Source: Octopus sinensis
Lineage: Eukaryota
NCBI RefSeq assembly: GCF_006345805.1
Contig: NC_043004.1
Coordinates: 54,374,001 to 54,438,000 of the forward strand
Length of the DNA stretch: 64,000 nt
Direction: 5' to 3'
This document shows, in pieces, positions 27,398 through 40,564 of the stretch. A program made the position numbers and the translations under genes. The first letter of the stretch is position 1, and the number at the start of each line of letters is the position of its first letter. A model generated the notes under the pieces. It was not told the DNA's origin, ran no database searches, and was given only the letters and a program-made list of their open reading frames with translations.

Positions 27398-28668
27398 CGA
27401 GGGGCGTTCAATAAGTAATGCCCCTGACCCACTTTCCATAGCAGTAGAGCAACGAAAGTTGGCACAGTTATTAGTCGTTTTCTACATAGGAACCACCCAG
27501 AGTAACGCATTTCTCCCATCCTTTAATGCAGCTATGGAGACCATTTTTGTAGAAGACCCCAGCTTGGTCCTCTGACCACGACGTGACTTCAGAAATCAAG
27601 GCTGCATCATCTGGGAAACACTTTCCTTTCAAAAACAACTTCATGGCTGGGAAGAGGTGAAAATCAGAGGGTGCAAGGGGAAGAGTCCATAGCTGCACGC
27701 CTGTGCTTCTGATTTGGCGACAAGCGAGTTGTGGACCGGAGCGTTGTCCTGCAGGAGGAGGATGCTTTGCTGATCTTGCCCCACCTCTTGATTTTGATAG
27801 CTTCTCTTAATTTCCTCAAAAGTGAAGCATAATAGGCTCCTGTATTTGTGGTACCCTTTGCCAGGAAATCTGTCGTCACTACTCCGTCCTGGTCCCAGAA
27901 GACTGTGAGCATGACCTTGCCAGTGGAGGGCTGCACCCTTGCCTTCTTTAGAGGAGGTGAGTCACGGTGCTTCCACTGCATTGACTGGGCTTTGGTCTCT
28001 GGATCATCGTGATGGACGCAGGTTTTATCCTGTGTAATCAGTCTTTTGAAAGATTTTGACTCATCTTCTTGGCACATCTCCAAATTCACCCTCGAGCACT
28101 CGACGCGTTCTTGCTTCTGGAAAGATGTGAGCAGCCTGGAAATCCATCTGGCAGACACCTTTTGCATATGCAAATGGTCATGAATGATAGTTTCCACAGA
28201 CCCGGTACTAATCTTGACCTCATGGGTTATTTGGCGAATAGTTATGCGTCGATCTTCCAAAATGGCAGCCTCAACTTGACGGACAGATGCCTCATCAATG
28301 GCAAAAGGGGGGGCGACCAGATCTGGGAGCTGTTTCCACAGAGTTCCGACTATGTTTGAATTCACGATGCCAGCGTTTTACAAGGTCATATGATGGGGTA
28401 TCATCACCATAAGTTACTTTCATTTCATCAAAAGTCTCCCGTGGTGTGCGTCCTTTCAAATACAAAAACCGGATCACTGCTCGACACTCAACAGGCTCCA
28501 TTTCACACTTGACTCAGTTCAAACACCTGTAAATAAGAAACCACAATTAGTTCAGAGCTGTAATTTGCCACTTAATCTATAGAGATATAAATAATTGCAC
28601 ATGCAAAATTTCAGCTAGATCAAACAACTGCAAGTGGGTCAGAGGCATTACTTATTGAACCTCCCTCG
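27398..28668 (-). mobile_element. Mariner (Tc1/mariner) DNA transposon, full-length termini, 1271 bp
   Basis: TIRs cgaggggcgttcaataagtaatgcccctgacccac / cgagggaggttcaataagtaatgcctctgacccac (reverse complement), with TA on both sides (27396-27397, 28669-28670). Confidence 0.95.
27471..28501 (-). pseudogene. Frameshifted mariner transposase
   Basis: Three overlapping ORF pieces: MEPVECRAVIRFLYLKG...PRSGRP; KVSARWISRLL, TQDKTCVHHDDPETKAQS, KVMLTVFWD; LAPSDFHLF. Confidence 0.93.
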
Positions 28669-28787
28669 TATGTGTGACTTTGACTTTGAGAGTGTGTGAA
28701 ATAACGAAATGCAAGGAAATCAAATTTCACGGCTGGTTAATACTTTCACATGGTTACTACCCTAAGAACAAACATTATATATATGCC

Positions 28788-28834
<47 letters not shown>

Positions 28835-29564
28835 ATGCATGTATGTATGTGTATGTAATGAAACGTGGGTCGGCTTGAGTGAAAATTCCCGAGATAATCT
28901 GAATCAATATTAAGTCTATCCGACCATTTGCTGTATCCGTAATTTAATACACCAACTGACAATCACTGGACACATCTCCAACATGAATATACTCCTGTCT
29001 AACCCCCATCGCTGTAACAGCTTCAATGTTTCAACTAATCATTAACTGACCATTACGTTGACATATGTACGACATAAAAGTACTAACATTTGATCATTTG
29101 CCGCACTGATATTTCAATAATATTACTGGACATTAACTGACCATTATCTGGACATTCACTGGACGCATTCCCAACATGAGAACCACCTGCATTAAGAACG
29201 CTGTTATAATGTATCGATATACTTACATATACGAACGCCCATACATACATACATATGTATGTATGCACACGGCCATGTATGTATGGACGTTCCTATATGT
29301 AAGTATATCGTTTGTTCTGCATATATATATCTGTATTTATGTACTCTTGATATATTCAACCGATGACGGTAAAGCTTAATTAAAGCAAAACCAGAAATCC
29401 TGGATCTTGAATTATTCAATAACTTTTGCTTGTCTATTTTGTCCCTCTGTCTGATCTCATGGTACGATATGAACATTTAACGTGGTTTTTATAGTCAGAG
29501 TTTCGACTGCTATTTCGGCATGGTGGTGTCTCTCAGACACCCTCATTTTTAATTATATATATAT

Positions 29565-29629
<65 letters not shown>

Positions 29630-30370
29630 TATATATATACATACATATACATATACACAAAAATACTCATATTTAATTATAATGAAGAAAATACAAATTG
29701 AAATCTATGTTACTATCGTTTCAGTAGGTGATGGTTTTTATTTCCACACGAGATACGACTATGCATTATGTACAATATATATATAGCTGAAATTTACAGA
29801 AAAACAAAGAACGAAGACGGGTGTATAAACAACAATCAGGTGTAGTAGTGTGACGCTTGGGAAGGTAAAAAAGTATTTTACGTTTTAAGCCTACGCTCTT
29901 CAACAGAAAGGAACACAATGATATAACCAGAAAGAGAATAAAAAAAGACTCGTGGCTTTAGCGCTCAATCATGGCTATTCACAACTTAAAGACTATAAGG
30001 TACAAGTAAAATAGTCACTAGCATTGCTAGAAATAAAAGTCAAACACACTTTTAACCGCCGGTAAAGACTTTATCCATTAACTCACAAGAGAGAAGAGCC
30101 TTCCTATAGCAGGCAAGGAGTACCAGATCATCGATGATTTCGTGTGTGTGTGTGTGTAAAATATATATGTATTCATGTCAGCATATATGAGTGTGTATGT
30201 GTGTGTGTCCCCTTACATTTGTTTATCTTGATGGTCGATTGATAGGTAAAAGGATGTTACAGTTAAAACTCTGTTCTTAGCATAGGTGGTAATATAGAAA
30301 TAAATAACATCTGCACGCGTTCATATATATATATTCGTATATATAATATATAATATATATATATATATAT

Positions 30371-30438
<68 letters not shown>

Positions 30439-30444
30439 CATATA

Positions 30445-30773
30445 TATATATATGTAGGGGATGTACTCGCATAGCAAGTGATTTGATCTGAGATCGTGTG
30501 CTGGAACGAAAACAATTGCAGCTTGGAAGGTGTTTATAAGCCATTTAAGAAACACACAAAAGCCGTTCGATTCACTTCAACTTTTAAGTTTAATTTGTCA
30601 AAATATTTTCGTCGCTAAAATCCGCGACCTGTTCACTGATTTTTGTCAGTGAACAGGTCGCGTATTTCAGCGACGAAAATATTTTGACAAATTAAACTTA
30701 AATGTTGAAGTGAATCGAACGGCTTTTGTGTGTTTCTTAAATGGCTTATAAACACCTTCCACGCTGCAATTGT

Positions 30774-30780
<7 letters not shown>
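30445..30780. repeat. (TA)n-embedded 129-bp-arm palindrome with a hammerhead-like motif (probably PLE-derived)
   Basis: Arms 30511-30639 and 30646-30774, 4 mismatches by manual comparison, 6-nt spacer. Confidence 0.9.
30642..30691 (+). ncRNA. Putative variant type I hammerhead ribozyme (G3:C8 core)
   Basis: Helix I TTTGTCA/TGACAAA; core GTGAACA+G; helix II GTCGC/GCGAC; GAAA; palindromic helix III AATATT; predicted cleavage after 30684. Folded by eye. Confidence 0.55.
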
Positions 30781-30860
<80 letters not shown>

Positions 30861-31449
30861 GATAGATAGATAGCAATAGAATACGGCGGAGACAGATACG
30901 GAAGTGAAATTAAATAGATTATTACTGCTTTATAAACACAACATATGGAACAACTGATCTCGAATCAGGTTTCTAGTATTTTATGCCGCATACATCCGAA
31001 AACACACACACACACACACGACACACACACACACACTCACACACACATTCACTCACACTCCTCACTCATGCTCACACACGCACACATTACATAAAATGCA
31101 GCGAAACCGTTTTTAGATTTTCCACACGTTCTGTCACATTCAACTCAACTAATCTGTTTAGTTATATTTCAAAGGAACATTATTTCGTTATGTCTAACTG
31201 CTTTAATTGTATGGTTGTTCGGTTCATTGATGTTTTCGACAGGTGTTTATCTGTGACTTTTCTGTTTAAAGGTATTAGTCTCTACGTCTATCCTTCTATC
31301 TATCTATTTTAACTATTTATATCTCTCCCTTCTATAATCACTCTTTTATGGACTGTGACTAAATTATTGTGTGGATGCATGCACACGATATATATGTGGG
31401 TTTAAATGTGTGAGTATATATATATATACATATATATACACACACATTC

Positions 31450-31940
31450 ATATATCCCCTTCACCTTAACCGACCAGTGCGTCAGGCGTCCATTTGACAC
31501 CTCTGGTCACAGCACGCTGTCCACTCCTCTCTGGATCGCGCCTTTCTCATCCACGTGATCCCAATCGTCCTCCTGAAATCGTAACTCCACCGTCGTGGAG
31601 GTCTTCCGGGTGGTCTTTTCAATGGCATAAGGGATGTGCTAAAGGGAAGGTTGGACAGGACCACCCGCGCCAACCTCATTAACAGTGCAGTTCTGCCTGC
31701 AATGTTATATGGTAGTGAAACATGGGCTATCACAAAGAGAGAAGAGCAAAGACTGGTAACGGCTCAAAGAGCCATGGATAGGTCAATGCTTGGTATCTCA
31801 TAAGTAGCGAGATCATCTGAAAGAAGTCCAGCGTGAGAGATGTCATCGCAGAGTATACACGGAGCAAGTATAGATGGGCTGGATACGTCGCCCGGCTCAC
31901 CGATAATCGGTGGACGCACGCAGTTGTCGAGTGGTACCCG
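31450..31940. mobile_element. RTE-clade LINE 3' fragment with an inverted 5' part
   Basis: Plus strand 31640-31940 encodes VLPAMLYGSETWAI...RWAGYVARLTDNRWTHAVVEWYP. Minus strand 31640-31450 encodes the next segment, KRPPGRPPRRW...EEWTACCDQR, plus a ggttaaggtgaag tail. Confidence 0.85.
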
Positions 31941-32179
31941 GAAGACATTCATATATATATGCGTATATATAAACATATATATTCTTACACATATATAGGT
32001 GTATGCATATTCATGTATGCATACACACACATGCGCACACATATATGCATATGTATAAATTGGTGTATGGGTATATACACATACATGTATATATGTAATT
32101 ACGTATTCATATCTAAATATATCTATCTAAGTATCTATAAATGTATCTGTCAATATATAATACATACATACAGATCTTT

Positions 32180-32650
32180 AACAGTAAATAGGAGGAGCGA
32201 TGATACATCAACAAGGAAGTCTTCCACATGGTCCGGATATGTCGTGCGAACGGCTCCTTCAAGACTCGCACGGACTATCCTTTACAGCGGGCTCGATAAC
32301 GTTAAACAACATCAAGAAGCTCCAAAACGTAGATTCAGAAACTAACTGAAGTTTTCCCTCCTTGAAGCCAGCATCAGCTATGACACCAAGGAAACAGAAG
32401 CCGCCAACCATCCATCTTTGCGAAGAGCGATTCAGTTTGGTTGTTCCACTTTTGAGGAGAGGAGAAAAACTGAAGATGAAGCAAAAAGAAGGCCCGGCAA
32501 CTCCAGCCAAAACCACCTCCCGCCCTGCCATGCGATTAACGCCTGAGTCTGTTCCATTCCCAACTTGGTTTTCTGAGCCATGTCAGGTTTAAGCATCATA
32601 GCGGCACCAGATGAAGTAAGCTCTGACATGTGTAGGTGCCGACGACGATG
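32180..32650 (+). mobile_element. Degenerate RTE LINE 3' fragment
   Basis: WSGYVVR...RLARTILYSGL...APKRRFRN resembles the RTE C-terminal WLGHVxRM...LYGEL...PxKRFKD region. Confidence 0.7.
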
Positions 32651-32672
32651 ACGGTGTGTGTGTTTCTGTGTA

Positions 32673-32724
<52 letters not shown>

Positions 32725-33470
32725 TAAGACAGTTTGATTCGGCTCAACGGATGCATTGAGAATTAGATATTCTAGACCGCATTTCTGGACAGGAAACCGG
32801 TGGCTTCTTGCTATCTGGCCAGTTTTTTTAAGGCACTTGCGGACCATCAGATACATGGACCCGCTTGGGTGTGTGTGTGTGTGTAACACAGGCATCAGTG
32901 CGTAGACGTAGATGCCTGATGTGTATGCGTGTGTATCAAGTGATGTATGTAGCAGAATACACTCGTATGTATGTAAGTTACATTTTGCATTTACCACATT
33001 AAACGTGCTCGCTCTAGCAAATATATTATTTTGACGCTTGTTGAAAAAATACCTTGGTTCAATATATAATTATCTCCTTAAAGACAGGAGGGAAATCAAT
33101 TCATGATAATATGGAGTTTATGGAGACTTTATGGCGCCATACGTTACTCGTTAGAGTTTCAAGAAATCAGGTACCTTGGTGTAAACGTCATCAGTCACGT
33201 TTTTACACAGTTCGTACATTTTATACGCCCTTAGTTTAATTTAATTCCACAATTAAGCATCCGTTCTTGTGAGAAACTTCATACATTGAGCATCTGTTAA
33301 TGTTTTTTTTTTTATCTACCTCCATTTTATGTCCGATAATTGTATTGTATTGCAATTTCACCATGCTGAAAATGCATGTGACCCTACGAAATGCTGTGTT
33401 CGTATAGCCAGTATAACAGTAGAATAGTTAAGATCGTGAAGTTGCAACATTTGCACACACACACATATAT

Positions 33471-33503
<33 letters not shown>

Positions 33504-33504
<1 letters not shown>

Positions 33505-33760
33505 GCGTTGTATTTAGGAATGGTCATTTGGCCAGTTTAGCCAATAAAACACACGCACTATATATTTGGTGTTACTTATCTTCAGCGTTATTTATTTTTT
33601 ACATTAATCGTAATCTTATTTCGGCCACCAAAACTAACACCAAATATATAGTGCGTGTGTTTTTATTGGCTAAACTGGCAAAATGACCATTCCTAAATAC
33701 AACAATATCTGTTCCAACAGACGATTTCACATCAAAAATCTTGCAAAACTAATATATAAA
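33504..33760. repeat. Inverted-repeat element (~68-bp arms, ~60-bp spacer) next to (TA)n
   Basis: ttgtatttaggaatggtcatttggccagtttagccaataaaacacacgcactatatatttggtgtta versus its reverse complement at ~33635-33704. Confidence 0.85.
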
Positions 33761-33799
33761 CGTATATATATATTTTTTTTTCTGTCTGTCTCACTTTGC

Positions 33800-36700
33800 A
33801 CCTCACTGATTCTGTCGCCAAGCCAATCCTTGGCACGCTCTCTTTCTTCTCCCCTCTTTAATTCCTTCTTCTTCTCTCTTCTCCCCCCTTTGGTGCCTTT
33901 GTCCCTCTTTTTCTCTCTCTCTTTGATTCCTTTGCCCCCTTTTATTCTCTCTCTTCTCCTCTCACTTGACCGCCGGTCAACTAGCTTTTCGGCTTCTGAC
34001 CACTGCCACGACAACATCATTTTCTTCGTTTGCCGCAAAGGCATTTTTTCCAAATACGCCAGCTAAGTTAAGTTGAACTGTCTAAAGTCGTAAGACACCC
34101 GCTGTTTTTGTTCTGTTATTACTATTATTGTTTTTTGTATTTATATTCGTGTGGCGTCATCCGTTTTTTTTTCTGTCCTTGTTTCGTATACATTCGAACC
34201 TTTTTCCAAGAAATCTAATGCTCGTAGCTTAGTTTTTCCTTGGGGCTGGCCGGATCGGAACGATCTCAAGATCCAAAACATCCAAAACGACCAGCCTACC
34301 CTCCGGGTCTAGGAAATTTGCTCTTACTTTGAGATCCAGACTCTTCCGGATAAGCACCGCGGTGCCACCTCCGCCCATTCTCGGTAGACACGGAGAAAAA
34401 TAAATGTTGAAATGTGTACCGAAAATGTGCTGGAGTGCCCGCAAGCTGTGGAGTCTGGTCTCACTGATGGCTATGATATTCAGATTTAGTGATTGATGTC
34501 ATTTAACAGGTTGCCTTGTTTCCAAGGCGACCCCAAGCCACGTACATTTATACTGCCTATTCTGAGCATGTTCCGATAAAATTGTGTTTTACACACGAAA
34601 AGAAAGTGCAAAAAAGGAAAGAGAGAGAGAAAAGGTTACTTGTTGTTCGAAAGTCCTTTGTCTTTCACCTCACGGTCTTCTTCTATGAGGCTTTTGTATA
34701 GTTTTTTTGATGAATACTTTTGAAATCTCCCTACTGCATCAGGGTAAAGAGATTTCAGGGTGCTGTATGTGTTCTGTGTTACGTGTATTATTTTAATGTG
34801 TTGTGGTGGTGTTGTGCGTGGGTGGTTACTTGTTTTTATGTCGTTTTCAGTTATGTTGGTGTTTGACCTAATGTGTTCCATTAGGTCGTGGTTGTTTGTG
34901 TTTATGGCTGTCAACATTGTTGGGAGGTTTGATGATGGTGTGTTTGTGTTGATGTGTTTGTTTTCTGTGGATGTTTTTTGTTTCGGGAGTGGTGTATCTT
35001 CCTGCTTTGTTTGTTATTTTTTCTTTTCTTTTTTTCCCCTTTTTCTTCTCCCCCCTGTGGCTATTTGCCAATCTTCTGTGTCTTCTTCGTCTAATAACAA
35101 ATCAGAAGAATCAGAGCTTGGAAGAGGGAAAATATTGGGGTCTATTGTAGACTGTGTTGATTTTGTTGTTGGTGTTGGTTGGTGAGCGTTTGGTTGTGGT
35201 GTATGCGGTTTTGGAGGTGGGGTGTGGGTATTTTGTGTTTGAGTGATTGTAGGTATTGTGTTGTTTGGGGTGTCAATTTTGTGGGGATTTGGAGTTGTAA
35301 TTGTTTCTTCATTTTCGCTGAGTGTCTTTTTGGCAGATGTCCTTGGTTTGGGAGTTGGTTTATTCTTGGTTGTTGTTGTTGGTGATGTTGCTTCTGTTCT
35401 TGGTGCTGCAGTTGGTGTGGTTGTTTGGTTGGTGAGGTTTGTTCGTGCAAAACGTGGTGTGGGTAGTAAACCTGGTTTATTTGTTTTTTCCGGCTGCTGT
35501 TGTTGTTGCTGTTGTTTTCTTGCGGCAGATTTGCAGTCTTTTTTTAGGTGTTGCTCACTGCCGCATATGTAGCAACGTGGTCTTCTGCCATCGACGACCA
35601 CATACAACTTGTGGTCTTCTGATACACATATCTGGGTGGGTATTTTTTTTATGTCTTCTTGATTTATGTGTAGTAGAAATTCTACTTTTTTTCCCACCCA
35701 GTTTTTGTGCTCCGTGACCGTGGTTTCCAAAATAGTGAATTTTTTTCATTTTTACACATAAGGCCTTTACTAGCCATAGATTATTAGCTATTTTTGGGAC
35801 ATTGTTTAAAGTGATCTTAGTCACTTTCTGTCCCCGATAGCTTGGTGTTAATGTAAGTTCATCTGAATGAAGAGTTAGCGTTGAGAAACGTCTTGCTAAC
35901 TCTTCAGTGTGGAAAACCACTTTTATGTGTGCGAACTTGTTCCACCAGGTCACATAGTCTTTGTAGTTCCAGATGGGTTTCAGGCATTTTTCTATTTTGC
36001 TTGTGTTAGCCTTCTCTGGACTTTTTGTTTTCTTATTAATTATTTTATAAATAATTGTTCTTTTTTTTTCATCTTCTAATATTTCTTCTGGTATGTTTAT
36101 CTTCACTATACCATCTAATTCTGTTATTGTAATGTTCGTGTCTTGTATTTGTTGAGCAGTAAAATATACTGTTGTTTTTTTTCTTTAATCGCCTCAGCGA
36201 AATTTGTTGTTGTTTTGTTATTGTTGTTGCTGGTGGTGATGTTGTTGTTGGCTGCAGTTTGTAAAATTGGTGTGTTTGGTTCGATTGTGCAAGTAGGAAG
36301 GGGTGGAAAATTATTTTCATAATTTATCCCTGTATTCGAGCAGCTTTTGTCAATTTGTTTGGTGGTTACAGTTTTTTGTTTATTCACTTCAGTTCTTGTT
36401 GTTGGAGTAAAACAGGTCTGAACGGAATTGTTGTTGTTGTTATTGTTGTTTTTGTTGTTGGTGGTGGTGTCAGTGGCAGAAGAGACAGCCGAGGCAGCAG
36501 ATGTCGAAATGGGGGCGCAATTTTTATTTTTGTTGTCATTGTTATTGTTGTTGTTGTTGGTAGTTGAGGTAGTGGATGAGGTGACGGCGGTGGTGGTGGT
36601 GGTGGTGGTGGTGGTGAAGGCGGTGGTGGTAACAGTAGTAGTCTCTATGTTGTTCTTGCTAGTGGCGGTGTTGGTGACAGGTCTGTTACTACACGTAGTT

Positions 36701-36960
36701 GTAGCATTCATTGCAAAGTCATTGATGATTTTACTTTGCGCGCAAAAATTCTTTTTTTCTCCTAGCGTTTCCAGTCTAGGAGAAAGCTGGTCGATAAAGG
36801 AACGCGACCATCGTTCTACAATACAATTTCTTGACATTTTGAAAATGTCTAGAAAGAAATTACAAAAATTAAATAGGGTTGAAACTGCCCCTAGGGGCGA
36901 ATTCCTCCCTTGGAAAAGCACTCAAACGAAAGTTGGGTGCCTTACACAACTTATTTACAA
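33800..36960 (-). mobile_element. L1/Tx1-clade LINE, 5' part with a heavily deleted ORF2
   Basis: ORF1 at 36921-35014; APE-endonuclease fragment GGGGTAVLIRKSLDLKVRANFLDPEGRLVVLDV (34229-34444); possible C-terminal remnants (KYSSKKLYKSL). Confidence 0.7.
35014..36921 (-). pseudogene. Frameshifted ORF1 (N/T-rich N-terminus, RRM-like region, CCHC zinc knuckle, P/T-rich tail)
   Basis: Three overlapping ORFs (36124-36921, 35555-36106, 35014-35730); knuckle RRPRCYICGSEQHLKKDC. Confidence 0.8.
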
Positions 36961-37044
36961 AAATGTACACAAAAATTGAGCTATGAATAGTCAAAATAAA
37001 CGATTACCTTCGGAGTCGAAGTGACAGCACGTCCATAGACAGAG

Positions 37045-37099
<55 letters not shown>

Positions 37100-37123
37100 A
37101 GATAGATAGATAGATAGATAGAT

Positions 37124-37159
<36 letters not shown>

Positions 37160-37317
37160 TCTTAACACACTCACACACACACACGCGCGCGCAAGCACAC
37201 AGAAACAACATCTTTTAGACACTGAAAAATCTTGATCGTCCTACGTAACTTCATCTTTATACAATCCACGACATGAAATATATAATTGCTTCCATGGTAA
37301 CAAGCTTAACCTTCTGT

Positions 37318-37370
<53 letters not shown>

Positions 37371-37689
37371 AGTAGTAGTAGTAGTAGTAAATTAACCTTA
37401 TCTTCTCCGTGGAAACAGCCCAACACTTTATAGTCTCCGTAACAATGAAGTTAACGTTATCGACTTCATAACAGCAAACGTAATCGTCATTGTCTCCATG
37501 GCAACAAACTTTAGATAAGATTATTCGACTGACACTGCAGTTGATCATAACAGAAATTTAGATTGAACTAGTTGCAATGGTAATTAACATTTGGGTCTTT
37601 AATTAACGACTTATGACTTCAAACACACTATTAGTATCATCAGACACGATGGAAACATTTGCGAATAAGCGAAGAATTATTTCAGGCTA

Positions 37690-37750
<61 letters not shown>

Positions 37751-37887
37751 GGTGGTGGTGGTGGTGGTGGTGGTGGTGGTGGTGGTAGTAGTATTAGTAG
37801 TGGTGGTGGTGGTGGTAGTAGTAGTAGTAGTAGTTGTAGTAGTAGTGGTGGTGGTGGTGTGGTGGTGTGGTGGTGGTGGTGGTGGTG

Positions 37888-37927
<40 letters not shown>

Positions 37928-38268
37928 CAGTCGTAACATTAGTAGCAGTAGTAGTTTTTGCTGTTACTTTTCGTTTTTTTTTGTTTTTCTTGTTAATAAT
38001 ACGTGGTAGTAATTTTCGCTGCGAATATGTAGTAGTTGAATATATTGTCTTGGTGGTTGCATCCCTGTAATGGCGATAGGTAGAGGTTCTGATGAGGATG
38101 ATAATGGTGGTGATGGCGATGGTGGTTTTAATACTAATACTCGTAATGGTAGAACCATTTTCGTCCATTATGTTTTTAATCATACTTTGTCCTTTTAATG
38201 CACGTCACCTGTCAGCTTTCATCCATCTCCTCTTGTCTCACTTGCATTACTACTACTACAACTACAAC

Positions 38269-38359
<91 letters not shown>

Positions 38360-38360
38360 G
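37318..38360. repeat. Compound trinucleotide microsatellite block, (TAG)n/(TGG)n/(TAC)n
   Basis: Direct reading. Confidence 0.9.
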
Positions 38361-38419
38361 CTACTACTTCATCCAGCTTTCATCTACCCCTCTTGCATCA
38401 TCCATCACCCTTCGCATTT

Positions 38420-38746
38420 ATTTATTTTTATTTATGTGCCCTTTTCAAGCCTAAGCAGGTTCATGGGCCCGGTTTTCCGGTTTCTGTGGCGTATGTGTTC
38501 CCCCCCTCCAGCTGGACGGAACGCCAGTCCATCGCAGCGTTATTCAAGAAACAGGAAGAGAGGGTGAGAGAAAGTTGGGGCGAAAGAGTACAACAGGGGT
38601 CGCCACCCCCCACCCACTGCCGGAGTCTCGTGGAGCTTTTTAGGTGTTTTCGCTCAATAAACACACACAACGCCCGGTCTGGGAATCGAAACCGCGATCC
38701 CCCGACCGCGAGTTCGCTGCCCTAACCACTAGGCCATTGCGCCTCC
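38420..38746 (-). mobile_element. tRNA-derived SINE family D, full-length
   Basis: Head ggaggcgcaatggcctagtggttagggcagcg...ggtttcgattccc; A-rich tail. Confidence 0.85.
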
Positions 38747-38829
38747 ACACTACCACCTCCATCACTACTACTACTACTACCACTAATACTACTACTCTAC
38801 TACTACTACTACTACTACCACTACTAGCA

Positions 38830-38986
38830 CCACCTTTAGTCGAGCAAATCGACCCCGGGACTTATTCTTTTGTAAGCTCAGTACTTATTCTATCGGTCTC
38901 TTTTGCCGAACCGCTAAGTAACGGGAACATAAACACACCAGCATCGGTTGTCAAGCGATGTTGGGGGGACAAACACAGACACACAA

Positions 38987-39017
<31 letters not shown>

Positions 39018-39188
39018 CATATATACGACAGGCTTCTTTCAGTTTCCGTCTACCAAATCCACTCACAAGGCATTGGTCGGCCCGGGGCTATAGCAGAAGA
39101 CACTTGCCCAAGATGCCACGCAGTGGGACTGAACCTGGAACCATGTGGTTGGTTAGCAAGCTACTTACCACACAGTCACTCCTGCGCC
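38830..39188 (-). mobile_element. SINE family A
   Basis: High similarity to 23320-23798. Confidence 0.9.
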
Positions 39189-39829
39189 TAATGTTCTGAT
39201 TTCAAATTCAGCCGAGGTTTGCTTTTGCTTTTCATCCTTTCAGTGACGATAAATTAAGGCAGCGATCAAAGACTAAGTACGATGTAACTAACCTGCCCCT
39301 TCCCTCAAAATTGCTGCTCTTACGCCACAGTTAGAAAGACTCATTTAAGGTGGCATACTGGCAGAATCGTTATCATACTGGACAAAATGCTAAGCAGTGT
39401 TTATTACGGTTAAATTCAGTTCAAAAGTCACTGAGGCTGGCTTTTCCATCCATCTTTTCGGGGTCGATAAAATAAGTACCAGTCAAGCAATGGAGCCGAT
39501 ATAATCGATTTACCCTATCCCTCAAACTTGTAGGCCATAATGTCAAAATTTGAAACCATAATAATAATAATAATCATCATTATTATTTTTTTTTTCTTTC
39601 AAATTTGCTTCCATTTCTTGCCGAGTGCTTTCCCGACTCCTAGGGCAAAGAAACTCATAGTACACATTGGTAGGCCATTAAACTAAACTCACTAGTTCGT
39701 TTTTTTTTTTTTTTTTTATAGAAATAAAGTTAAATTAAAATACATGGGTAGTAATAGTTCTCACATCGACAATGCTCTTCTCAATACGTGTGATGTATTA
39801 TTATTATTATCATTATTATTATTATTATT

Positions 39830-40379
39830 GAGTGAGAGAGCAGTGCATGCCATCAAAGTGACACTGGGGTAAAATATACGAAGCCCAATATACCCATCAT
39901 GACTACCCGTCTGATAAGGGTACACCAGGCACATGCATCACAACCATATGTGCGCGACATGGTGATCTCATATCAAGATAAACAGCACATGACCTTGCAG
40001 GTGGGGCCCAGTTAGAATTTTCTTCAGGTTGAGTAGCCCATCCCGCTCAAAAGGTCCCTGAATAAGGATTGTTTAAGGATGTTGAAAAAACCACCCATGT
40101 TTCCAGAGGTGAATTATTCAAATCCCAAAGAATCCCTCTCAACACATGGCTATGATGCTCCCCCACTACTTCTGCTCGTGATCAGAGATGCACATATCGT
40201 CAGCCACTAAGGGACATGCTCAACTGGTTAAGGTCAAACAACTGACAAGCAAATCTGTGGTATTGAGCAGAATATTTGCTGTAGCCCATCTTTTATACCA
40301 AGACAAAACAATGTACATGATAACACTTCCAATCAGTTAAGATCAGAAGCCATGAGAGCCACTGCCTGGTACTGCATCA

Positions 40380-40380
<1 letters not shown>
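39830..40380 (-). mobile_element. 551-bp non-coding element inserted in (TAA)n
   Basis: Near-identical inverted copy at 59709-60259; both are flanked by TAA repeats on both sides. Confidence 0.85.
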
Positions 40381-40465
<85 letters not shown>

Positions 40466-40491
40466 CATCATCATCATTATCATCATCATCA

Positions 40492-40549
<58 letters not shown>

Positions 40550-40564
40550 CGTCAGCATCAGCAT

